From positions 248,001-312,000 of the forward strand of contig NW_002060957.1 of assembly GCF_000150275.1 (NCBI RefSeq): 64,000 bases of DNA, read 5' to 3'. Each line of letters starts with the position of its first letter. Within the stretch, counting starts at the first letter, position 1. The stretch is from Trichoplax adhaerens. Its lineage: Eukaryota; Animalia; Placozoa. The notes beneath the pieces were generated by a model that saw only the letters and a program-made list of their open reading frames with translations, was not told where the DNA came from and ran no database searches. The translations under genes were made by a program, and so were the position numbers. Shown here piece after piece: positions 13,684 through 25,000 of the stretch.

Positions 13684-14453
13684 TCTTCAGTATCAACTGG
13701 CGTTGGCCTTGCGTACGTCACTGTCCATGTCGTTGTGTACAGTACTGTATTGAGCGGCAGTGGGAAGCAGGACGGAAGGTAGGACAGACGACTGTATCCA
13801 TCTTCAGTATCAACTAGCGTTGGATTGCGTACGTCCATGTCACTGCTGGTAAACAGGACGGAAGGTAGGACAGACGACTGTATCCATCTTTAGTATCAAT
13901 TAGCGTTGGCCTTGCGTACGTCCATGTTGTTGCGTACTGAGCGGCACTGGTGGGAAGCAGGGCGGAAGGTAGGACAGACGACTGTGTCCATCTTTAGTAT
14001 CAATTAGCATTGGCCTTGCGTACGTCTATGTTGTTGTATACTGAGCGGCACTGGTGGGAAGCAGGACGGAAGGTATGACAGACGACTGTATCAACAACTA
14101 CAGTACTGTACAGTATTTCCATCTTTAGTATCCACTAGCGTTGGATTGCCTCCGTCCATGTTGTTGTTGTGTACTGAGCGGCACTGGTGGGAAGCAGGAC
14201 GGAAGGTAGGACAGACGACTGTGTCCATCTTTAGTATCAATTAGCGTTGGCCTTGCGTACAGTACGTCCATGTTGTTGCGTACTGAGCGGCACTAGTGGG
14301 AAGCAGGACGGAAGGTATGACAGACGACTGTATCAACAACTACAGTATTTCCATCTTTAGTATCCACTAGCGTTGGATTGCCTCCGTCCATGTTGTTGTT
14401 GTGTACTGAGCGGCACTGGTGGGAAGCAGGACAGAAGGTATGACAGACGACTG
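13684..14453. repeat. GC-richer tandem repeat array, 7 units of 86-131 bp, plus a degenerate eighth copy at ~14690-14760
   Basis: The unit core TCTTTAGTATCAATTAGCGTTGGCCTTGCGTACGTCCATGTTGTTG...TGAGCGGCACTGGTGGGAAGCAGGACGGAAGGTAGGACAGACGACTG starts at 13684, 13801, 13887, 13991, 14122, 14228 and 14354. Confidence 0.93.
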
Positions 14454-14467
14454 ATACGGTGATACTG

Positions 14468-15030
14468 TACCTCAACAGTTTCTAGTGTACAGTACTGTAC
14501 AGTACAATGCAGTACTGTACACTCTACACTGTACAGTAAAGTGAACTTCAATGGACAGTATTGTGTATAGGATCAATGGAATCCATTCCAGCGGCTGCGC
14601 GAATGAAAGGGTTATCAACAAAACCAAACTCCACTGCTACAGTACAAGCTCTCCAGTGTAACATACTGTACAGTGTACAGTACTGTAGTCAACTAGCCTT
14701 GGCCTTGTGTGCGTCGATGTTGTTGTGTATTGAGCGGCACTCTTGGCAAGCAGGACAGAAAACTGCCAGGATGACACAGGACAATGCGTGCGGCAGACCA
14801 TCTACAGTACTGTAGCTTTTTCCCTAGCCATGGCGTTCGTCCTGTACAGTCTTCGACGGACAGAAGAAGGATGATTCCAATTGGTGCTAGTTTGACTAAT
14901 ACCCTCAACAGTTTCTGCTGTACAGTACTGTACACTGTACACTGTACACTGTGAACTGAAAAGAACCAAATTCCACTGCTACAGTACAAACTCTCCAGTC
15001 TAACATCATCAACTACAGTACAGTACTGTA
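14468..15030. repeat. Degenerate local duplication rich in TACAGTA/TACTGTA/TACACTGTA
   Basis: CCTCAACAGTTTCT...GTGAACT occurs at ~14470 and ~14903. ACCAAA(C/T)TCCACTGCTACAGTACAA(G/A)CTCTCCAGT occurs at ~14623 and ~14965. The intervening CAGTA/CTGTA/CACTGTA arrays differ between copies. Confidence 0.75.
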
Positions 15031-16031
15031 GCCGATCAAAACAACAACAACATCATAAATAAGTACGGCACGATTGCGGCTATCTTCTGGTCGAAGAAAT
15101 CAGAATGGAATATTACTGTACATGATGGATAGTAGACAACCTTTTCCAGCACCACTCTGCTGTACTAAGTGGAATGGTCTCGGTTACTCCATCAATGACA
15201 TGCCACACGAGTGTAGCTTTTAATATTAGACTAGTTGTAACATTCATCAAGGTGAAGAGAGAAGAAGCGCCTAGAGTGACCTTGACAATGGCTTCCACAT
15301 GAAGACTTCAACAAGTCGAGATATTTTGCTTATCCTACAGTAGGATACAGAGGACTCACTTCAATTTGTCTCACCGGATAGTATCTTAATATCTCAAGAA
15401 TAGCGCATTAGTAATACGCCAGCTGCAGTAGGACACGGTAACAATTCCTACACATGTTAATGATAACACTGGCTCGTAAGACGATGCAGCAGCACTCTAG
15501 CAGATACGATAGCTAAGCCGTCTGCTGGACTGTGCCAGCAGCATTATTCTTGAAATGCTTGGCTAACGCACAGTATAGTAGGTGTTTCCAATCGAAGTGA
15601 ATTCCTTAGCTTTTTTACCAATGGCTTAACTATTCCACCATTTGACTCGCCATCCCGGCAATCGACTTACACATACAGTAGTATCAACTATGGACTACAG
15701 CCATACAGCGTAAAACTAACCTACTTGAGCGATAACCTACCAACTATTGCTGGATTACATCACACTGGACTGATGAAAGTCAGCAAGAGATAATTTTATA
15801 CTCATCAATGGACACCGGTTCAAGCATTGTAGTGATTTCAGCTCACTACAGTAATTTTACTACAAACATACATATAGTATTGGTGTGATTCCATTTCTTA
15901 AATTGAAACACGACACATCAGTAACTGATTGATTGAATGTCGTGTTGAATTCTGATATTCTTTCATTGCTGTTTTTATTATATCAATTTTCCCCCTATAG
16001 TATATTGAAGGTACTACTACAGTACTGTATG

Positions 16032-16780
16032 TTTATTAGCATTTCAAACATTTGGATGGCAAAGCACATAGGAATTGTTACCATGTACTTTGACTGTTCT
16101 TGCATGGATAGCAGCTACCTATTGCTATAACGTATAGCATTGTTACTGTACTGTAACTTTATTAGCATTTCAAACATTTGGATGGCAAAGCACATAGGAA
16201 TTATTACCATGTACTTTGACTGTTTTTGCATGGATAGCAGCTACCTATTGCTATAACGTATAGCATTGTTACTGTACTGTAACTTTATTAGCATTTCAAA
16301 CATTTGGATGGCAAAGCACATAGGAATTATTACCATGTACTTTGACTGTTTTTGCATGGATAGCAGCTACCTATTGCTATAACGTATAGCATTGTTACTG
16401 TACTGTAACTTTATTAGCATTTCAAACATTTGGATGGCAAAACACATAGGAATTATTACCATGTACTTTGACTGTTTTTGCATGGATAGCAGCTACCTAT
16501 TGCTATAACGTATGGCATTGTTAGGGTTCTGTACTATATGTTTATTAGCATTTCATTTGGATGGCAAAGCACATAGGAATTATTACCATGTACTTTGACT
16601 GTTTTTGCATGGATAACTAACTATTGCTATAACGTATAGCATTGTTAGGGTTAGGGTTCTGTACTATATGTTTATTAGCATTTCAAACATTTGGATGGCA
16701 AAACACATAGGAATTATTACCATGTACTTTGACTGTTCTTGCATGGATAACTAACTGTTGCTATAACGTATAGCATTGCT
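16032..16780. repeat. 126-bp tandem repeat (about 6 units)
   Basis: TTTATTAGCATTTCAAACATTTGGATGGCAAAGCACATAGGAATTATTACCATGTAC... starts at 16032, 16158, 16284, 16410, 16541 and 16671. The copies are near-identical. Confidence 0.96.
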
Positions 16781-16829
16781 ACGTTAGTTTCTGCAATATT
16801 TCCCTCTTTTCTACGCCTGAAAACGAAAT

Positions 16830-17380
16830 AAAACATGCTGTACTCTACTTCGATACTGGATAGTGTATCAAGATTCGAGTACTGCACTGAGAGGGATGAT
16901 GAGGTTGTCATCCTCAATCAACTACTACTCAGATGAAGACTGGCCAACATACTCAAAAAGAAAGAGTCATATAGTAAAGAGAAAGTAATACAGTTTATTT
17001 GGCTGATAGGCACAATATGACAGATACATCAATGAATAAACTTATTTTCTACAAGAAGAAAAAGATTAGCTACAAGGATCGATTAGCGTCGTTGAATAAT
17101 GAAATGTTGTATCATGCCAACGGTTTAAAAATCATCTTACTTTTATGCAACTTTATAGGCTTATCATATAGCGGCTGCAATTGAAAAAAAAAATCCTCAT
17201 ATATATTTAAATTAATTAATGCACGTATTCACATTACTTCGTGTCATAGTTCAATAACCCATCGAACCTTGAACATAGCTAGGTTGAAATACTACATAAT
17301 GATCTTATACAATACCAATAGTGATTTCCCCTTGAGGGATCAGATATTAAACTTTTCAAAGTCTAATTATGATCAACTGG
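16830..17380 (+). mobile_element. Possible highly decayed CR1/L2-like non-LTR retrotransposon 3' fragment
   Basis: Broken frames give LYSTSILDSVSRFEYC, then ISYKDRLASL, then KLFKV. These resemble, in order, the CR1/L2 RT C-terminal motifs LY...LEYC, SY.ERL..L and FK..L. The motifs are short, so the evidence is weak. Confidence 0.22.
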
Positions 17381-17826
17381 AGGAGTAGGGAAGCAAATAA
17401 ATGGCAACATCATGTTTGTATTGAATAATAAAAATAAAGTTTGCATTATTTTAATCTTATTTTTTGGCTTTAAACTACAGTACTGAATCCTCTACTCGTA
17501 TAGAGAAAGATAAAATTTCTTAAATTTCTTTTACTATCAATCAATCAATGAGAAAAAAATTTTTAAATTAGGAGAGGAATGGCTTTAAAATTTTGCATCT
17601 TGATAAAAATTACTGTAAAACAGATCTAATGCTAACAGTGAGATATTATATAACTCAGTTAGCAATCGTAATCTCTGGAGCGAATAATGCCTTCAGGAAT
17701 TACAAAATAAAACAAAACCAAAAAAAACCGATGCTATGATACAGATAATAAACTGTAAGCACTTGTCGATCAACATGCATAATTAATCAATAGTCAATTT
17801 GAAGCGAAGATTCAAGTTATAATCAT

Positions 17827-20418
17827 TCAATTATCAATCTTGCATTTTTGAAAGCCTTCTATTTGCATTAGAGATTCCAATGTGATGTGCTCCACTTTAT
17901 CAACCACGCTAAATTTGGAGATTAAATTTAACATCTGCTCTTCTAAGTAAGGAAGTTGATATTGCAAAAGTTGACTTGTTTTCACATGCTTTCGAAATTG
18001 ATCTGTATGGCCGACTGCCATAATTAAATGCTTATTTTTATCAATATCAACGTTGTCTTGATAATTTTCAACACTAATGACACCTGTCAGGTAGGTCAAG
18101 ATTCGGGATAAGACAATATCTTCAGGATATGTTAAGTCTTCTGACGTATGACCAACTTTAGCAGATACAGTTTTTAGTATGTAGTCTTGTATGGCATATT
18201 GAATTATTCGATGAGTGTCATAACATTCACCTGAATCATCCGATATATGTAAGATATTGTAATCAATCAGTGCTAAAATTCCTTCATCGAAATCGCTCTT
18301 TGTAATATTAGGATCTTGCTGTTGGCAAAACTCATACAGAAAAGAATCTGCAATATTATCAGCCGCAATATAGCCAATTAAAATCATAATATGCTCAACA
18401 ATAGGGTGTTGCTCTAACAACTGTGACAAAGTTAATGTCCACGTAGTGATATGTGTCAAAGGCTCACTTAACTTGACTTGTCCAGTTGAAGTTTCAATGT
18501 ATTTTCGATAGTATGATGGGCCAAATTTTCCCTTCCAAAGGTTTTGTTCTTCATTTTTCAATTTGCTTAGATAACCTGTGAGTTTAAGACCGGTCCGTCG
18601 GATACATGCGGCTACTTGCGCTAACGCTAGAGGCAAATCACCAACCAATTCGGATATTGCATTCGCTGCTTCTTTGTCATCTGATTTAGTACGCTGTAAT
18701 AAATAAGCGGTAGATTCTTCACGGTTAAAGACCTCCACTTCAACGTAGTCGATATCATCAGTCCATTCTCTATGCCTTGATGTAATTACAACATGGCCAT
18801 TACCTGTTTTTTTAGGTAAGTATCGTTGCACCTTGTCTTTACTATCGGCATTATCGTAGATAAGTAAGTAGCGGCAATAACTGACTATAAATTCCATGGT
18901 TGCAGTAACAAGTTTTTCAATGATTCCTCCTTTGTCATTGTAGGATTCAGACGCAACTGTGATCATTTTTCCATCGTCAGAGGTTTTAAAGATTTCTGGA
19001 TGCTGCTTTGAATATTCATTGAACCAATATCGAACCCTTGCGATTTTTTCATATCTAATCGGATCGATATTCTTTCCTTTGTCGACAATGTCTTTTGCAA
19101 GTATGACCATGCCATATTGCAATGATATTTCAGTTTCAGCATGAAACCATCGAATTAAATCATAATTTTCTTGATATTGTTGAGCGTAGAGTATAGCTAC
19201 AGATGATTTTCCAACGCCACCCATTCCAATGGTTGATGCCTGAGTGATTTGGCATTGATGCTTACGCTTAAGATTTTCGTGTAATTCATGAATGTAGTGG
19301 TCGCGCGGTAATAAATCTTCGCATATTGGTAAATTAGTAATAACAGGGAGTAGCGATTGAGATGAATTTATTTCAAATTTTGACAGTTGGATGTTTTCAA
19401 TTTCTTCAGCTGATAGCAATTTTTCTAATTTTATCGGCACATTTTCTCTTAAAAATGGCTTAATTTGTTTCCTATAATGGTGCAACAAGTAACCGATATA
19501 AGGATAATCGCAATCAGCAGCTCGACATATATCTAATTTAATCTTTTCTTGTACAGTCAAAGGTAGCTCTGGGGATTGTAGGAGGCTTATAGTGTCATTT
19601 AACCATTTTTGAATAATAATGTTGGATTGAAGACTTGATGTTTTCAGCATATTGTCAGATTCCGAAAATTTCTCCCAGAAATAACTGAAAGCTCGAATTA
19701 TGGTTGCAGAGCCACTATCGTTGTTGACTTCTAATCCACAATAAGCAATTTGTCGCTGATAATCGCTACATTGATTACAGCAAGCTATCTGACACATAAT
19801 GTCCATACCAATATAATAGATTTTATAAGATTGATGGTTCCAAAGGATAGTGTTTAGCTCACTCGCTAGCATTTCTAATGGTTTACAACCAACTTTAAGC
19901 CCTTCTTGTACAATTTTAAAGGCCTTATGATATAAGTCGCGAATATTAAATGGATTGTTATCGCCAGCTTTACTATCGATAGCATCTTGTATCAAATGGT
20001 AAATAATATCAAGCTCAGCAAAGATTAAATATGGCGAAGCATCGACTGTACAAGAATAATTAGGCTTAACTAAATGTTTGAAAAATTTATGAATTGTATC
20101 AATTAGGGTATTAACAGCGTTCATAATATTCTTAGTATCTCCCTGATCGGTATTAAGATTATGGCGATTAGTGGAAAAAACAGCAATCTCACGAGCAAAG
20201 CGAACCAATCGATATAGAACATTCGTACTTAATAGCTGACTTTGACTTTCAGCGATTTGAATCGCTTTCGAGATAATTAAAAGAGGAGTCGCTACATCTT
20301 CAATAGTAGATTTGGAATGGATTAAATGAATGAGCTCGTTTGCTTCATCCAATTGCTTATTCACAAGATGGCATTGAATGTCATCCAACAGCGTTAAGAA
20401 ATTGAACGGTTTCGCCAT
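17827..20418 (-). CDS. Intronless STAND NTPase with NB-ARC (AP-ATPase) domain, 863 aa; unrecognised helical N-terminal ~350 aa; no C-terminal repeat sensor
   Basis: Walker A GMGGVGKS, Walker B LLIYDNAD, sensor-1 GHVVITSR, GxP motif GDLPLALAQ, and an MHD-like THRIIQ in the winged helix. Single uninterrupted ORF. Confidence 0.88.
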   Translation of the reverse strand: MAKPFNFLTLLDDIQCHLVNKQLDEANELIHLIHSKSTIEDVATPLLIISKAIQIAESQSQLLSTNVLYRLVRFAREIAVFSTNRHNLNTDQGDTKNIMNAVNTLIDTIHKFFKHLVKPNYSCTVDASPYLIFAELDIIYHLIQDAIDSKAGDNNPFNIRDLYHKAFKIVQEGLKVGCKPLEMLASELNTILWNHQSYKIYYIGMDIMCQIACCNQCSDYQRQIAYCGLEVNNDSGSATIIRAFSYFWEKFSESDNMLKTSSLQSNIIIQKWLNDTISLLQSPELPLTVQEKIKLDICRAADCDYPYIGYLLHHYRKQIKPFLRENVPIKLEKLLSAEEIENIQLSKFEINSSQSLLPVITNLPICEDLLPRDHYIHELHENLKRKHQCQITQASTIGMGGVGKSSVAILYAQQYQENYDLIRWFHAETEISLQYGMVILAKDIVDKGKNIDPIRYEKIARVRYWFNEYSKQHPEIFKTSDDGKMITVASESYNDKGGIIEKLVTATMEFIVSYCRYLLIYDNADSKDKVQRYLPKKTGNGHVVITSRHREWTDDIDYVEVEVFNREESTAYLLQRTKSDDKEAANAISELVGDLPLALAQVAACIRRTGLKLTGYLSKLKNEEQNLWKGKFGPSYYRKYIETSTGQVKLSEPLTHITTWTLTLSQLLEQHPIVEHIMILIGYIAADNIADSFLYEFCQQQDPNITKSDFDEGILALIDYNILHISDDSGECYDTHRIIQYAIQDYILKTVSAKVGHTSEDLTYPEDIVLSRILTYLTGVISVENYQDNVDIDKNKHLIMAVGHTDQFRKHVKTSQLLQYQLPYLEEQMLNLISKFSVVDKVEHITLESLMQIEGFQKCKIDN

Positions 20419-22053
20419 GATTAAATCGCAATAAAAATACCGTTAATGAACTTCCAAGTTGCTACGTTACCGTAAGTTCTTGCCAGTCATAAGGGTTATG
20501 ATGAAGGCAGTGAGTACCATACCGTTAGATGGTGAGGATTATTATATAGTGTAATGTATGACACAGGCAGTCTATTTTGCGCATATAACTTATTTGACTA
20601 TATTACTGTGCGCATACGATTCTAGGCGTATTTCCACATATACCCGTAGTAATAATATAACATTGAAAGCTATTACAGGGAACTTACTACGCATAAATTA
20701 TATATTTGCTATAAGCTATTGGTCCAATATGATTAATAATTTCATTCGCGGCTAATATAGAATTGCATCAAAGTTCAGTAGTGGCAGTGCGCAACATACA
20801 CTACTGTATCCAAGTGTACTTATAATTATGTCATGACAAACGCTATACGATGGACAACACTAGAGGCATTATGCTGCATACACTATCTAGAAAATAACGC
20901 ATCGGTAGCTTTCCTTCGCCGACCGTAGCATATCTGCCTCAAAGCTTGCTATTAATTATTAGATCTACCTTTCTAATGAATATTGGGTAAATAAAAATGA
21001 GTATAAGGAAAAGATTCGTGGTTTTCCTTAATGGATTAATAAAAGAAATAATTCTAATATTCTCAATGACAATAAGTCCATAACATTTCATACCTTGTCA
21101 TAACTTTTTACTGACTAAATTCAAAGTCTTCATTTAATGTAGAATCCAAAAACTGTACTTACTTACTTGTTACAGAAATACATCACCAAATCATAATCAC
21201 TTAGTACAGTATAATGGCCATAGAAGGTCTTTTTCCTCACTAACATAATGCCCTATCATGCGCCTTTCCACTAGACTAGTGTAGAAAGGCGTATGTCTTA
21301 CACCATAACTATATAATATATATCTCAGGAATCTCATTAATGTGCAAACATGAACAAGGATAGGCAATCCTGATAATTACAATTGGAGTCGAATGTAATT
21401 AAATTTTATTAACTGCTAATAGAAGCTTAACCATTAAGTTCATAGCTACTATTATAGCAAGAAAATTAAAGTCAAATGTTAATTATTTTATGTAGAATTT
21501 ATTCTTTTATTTTACTGTTTATGCTTGTATGCACAATCTAAAAGAAGGTACATTGCCGCGTTAGTAAGGTTTTTAAAGCAGCAGTTATAGCATTTGTACA
21601 AATGTATACTCGGTTTAAGAATATTTGATATAAACTTTTGTATAAACCTTACAATAAAAATGCAATTCGTAAACATTATCATTTACTTATTTGCGCCATA
21701 CTTACATTACAGTTTTGTTATACTGTAAGATAACAGAGAATTACTAATGGCAATGGCAAGACTAGAGATACTGTTTTACTCCTCCCAGTTAAGAACTAAT
21801 ATGATTATATGATACCGTAATGGAGGAGATTGGCCACGAATATAAGAAGTATACATTATCGCCAATTAGTAAGCGAAAAATTAAAAGCCATTTAAAAGAC
21901 AGTCGAAAATTTTAAAATAGTTTATAGCAAGATTTATTTACTACAGAAAATTCAGAAACAATTTTATAAAATGTTAAAGAATTTCAATTCTGAACATTTG
22001 TGGGTATGTTAGATTGGTTATGGGTGACGATATTGCCCTAACTTGAATAGGTC

Positions 22054-25000
22054 CTAATCTGTCCACTTCATACACAGTTAATTGCACACCGATTAAAAAC
22101 AATAAAGATGCAAAATTCAATGAAAATGCTTATTCTCAAGTTAATGGTTAGATACAGAATACAGTATTGTATCGTATGTTTGAACTCAACACCCATGTTA
22201 TGAACATGGCTATCAAGACAACTTACTTGGACAACATTTGATAAAGGGGATCGTGAGGCTTCAAATTGGTCTGTAAGGATGGTACATAATAATATTATGT
22301 TAAGAAGTTGCTAATGAATGGTTAGTTAACATTCAGGTTAGTAGCCAATTAGTAAGGAAATATTAACAAATTTTAAAGTTTATTTTCAAGTCTTAGTTGT
22401 GGTAAAAGTTTTTCTAGGCAATACGCACTTTGCCTGATTTCATCCATGATTCCATTATACAAGGTACGGTATTCTTCTTCTCGAGTGTTATCACCAGCAA
22501 ATCGATAAATATCTGAAAGTAATTTACAGTAAGAGAAGATAATACAGCGACTCTTGTAAAATAAGCTAAATTGATAGCTATAGACATCGACTATGCTAGT
22601 GCGTACTGAAGTAACTTATGCATTAGTAGCTATCGTAAAAGGCTACCAACGACCTTTATATTAAGTGGTAGTAGAATTTTAGTAAAGCTACAGTGATGAC
22701 ATCGTCCTTGATTACTATAACAAACCTGACAGTAACAGTAAGGCAGAAATTTCAGTATAGTTATTAGAAATATTTCTTGCTATTTGTAGCGCCGAAGTAG
22801 CAACATCCAATGATTCCTACAAATTGAAAAATCGATTAGTTTACCCAGTGAATACTTAGTTATAACTCGGTTAGTTCATTCTTGAGACTGCCAAAACTTT
22901 AAAAGCAGGACCATGGCAATAGCTTTACCTGTAGTTTTCCTTGATGTAAAAGCGTATATCCAGTAAGCGATAAGCCAGCAGCAGTCATACTTAACATGTC
23001 AGCGTTGTAGGCCAGTTTAATCGCTTCACGAGATAAGGTTCTAGAGCGTACAAAATAAGTAATTATTTTTATCTTACATAGTTACTTTTAATTGCAGAGA
23101 CCGATAAGAGCTTCTGCTAGATTACCTAGCGTCATCGAATCTACTTGATTGAAATTGACTTATTGCGTGCACGAGATAAGATAGTGCAAGAAATTTGGTG
23201 TTCCTTACAAAAATAATATTCCGCAATAAGTGATGCTAATCATAGGATTAATTAATCTACTGTCTAAGATTCGATACCGAATTGGTAAATTCTCCGGCAT
23301 TGTTTCTTGTAAGATAGGCTCAGACTGTAACATAGAAATAATTTATTATAAACTGATGCATTTTCAACATATACAGTACTGATATGCACATAACACGTAG
23401 TACAACTATCGCAAAGCTAATGCATTCATACAGATTCGTAATATATTTATACCATATGACATTGTAAGAGTTTTAGATAAAACATACAATATCGTTATAT
23501 TTATCCTGATATATGCAGAGTCATAGATTAAAATAGTTACTTGTGATTTATAAATGATTACCAATCAGGTAACATAATGATCGAAATCTGAAGTTGTATC
23601 AATCGTTAAGTTCTAAAGGCTTAAGAATGTTTAACTATCAGTTACGTGGTGTTCCTTTCAGCGTACACAAGTATCAATATTTGCCTTATGTTCTTTGCAA
23701 ACCTTATTAGTTGTGGCTTCACTGTTAAGTACTACCATTGCTTGTAAGAGCTTTAAATATTCCTTTACGTCGTATCTTTGGGATAGCTTGAAATTAACAG
23801 AATCAATTGGTGTTTTTGTTATACAGTTGCAAATTGCTGCGAAGGTACGTTGACTAGGCCAAAAGTTAAACTGTAAATTTCTAAATGTTTGACAACACTT
23901 GTACTAAGATAATACTATATTCAATACGAAGTGCCTTTGCAATTTATATAGTGCATTATATGTATATATATTTATATAAGAGAAGTCTTTTCACCATAAA
24001 TGACGATAACTTACGTTGGTAGCAGAGTTGAAGTGATATTTTGCAAGATCCGTGTTGCCGAGATTCATAGCATACATTCCCTAAAGTCATTATAATTAAT
24101 TTATTCTTTTAGCGGCGTTGGGTAGAAATAGCAAGTATACTTTGCAAAAGTATAAAATAGCAATGATAAATTTATTCAATCCTATTTACCAATAGGGCGT
24201 GGACAGTGCTTCGCTCGGTACTTAATAACTGCTTGTTATTCTCATACAATTCAATAAGCGAACGCATCTGGAAGGACAGAAATCAAATTACCAAAGCATG
24301 TAAAATATAGCAATTGCCCGAATATTAAATAAATAGATTCTACGAAAATAATAACATTGGCCGTAGAATATTTTATTCTCGTCTTACTTACAGGCAAAAG
24401 CGCATTCGCAGGGCGACCAAGTAATAGATTAATAACTACCAGTTGTTTGAATATAAGCAAGCGATATAATGTCGACATAGAAGATCTAATTTCCATAGAA
24501 CGTGTGGCGTTCGTCGCTAATTCATCTAACTGATTTCTAGCCTTGTTAATATATTTATCAGCCTTTGCGATTTGACCACTATATGTATGAAATATGGATG
24601 TAATCTGCAGGGGAGGGTAAAAATCCAATAAGTGATATCACATATTTTTCAAGGTAAACTGTAACTTAAACAGTTTTATAACATTTAATTTTACATAACA
24701 TTAATTGCGAACGGTAATAAGCTATGGATAATTATAATAGTACAAGCAATTGCAATCCATACAATATAAGTTAGCACACAAAGTTCTTCATTGGATAACC
24801 AAAATAATGGAAGTATGTCCTCGTTTATTCTATCCCCTTCTGCCATTTCCAAATTAATAATATTAATAAGCAGGCACTTCTACTACAGCCCTAAAATAAT
24901 ATTAATAGCAATTTCTTATTACGTAGTATAATACCTGGCTTGGCAAGGGAAACAATTTGCTGTATTGACTGTTGTAGCTGCTTCAGTTGTACTGAAGCTT

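Noticed and set aside
15050-15850. Coding-like composition suggesting a pseudogene
   Set aside because: All frames tried were interrupted and no family motif was recognisable by eye.
13684-16780. Tandem arrays as CRISPR arrays
   Set aside because: The units are 86-131 bp and repeat in full without unique spacers. There are no cas genes, and the context is eukaryotic and intron-rich.
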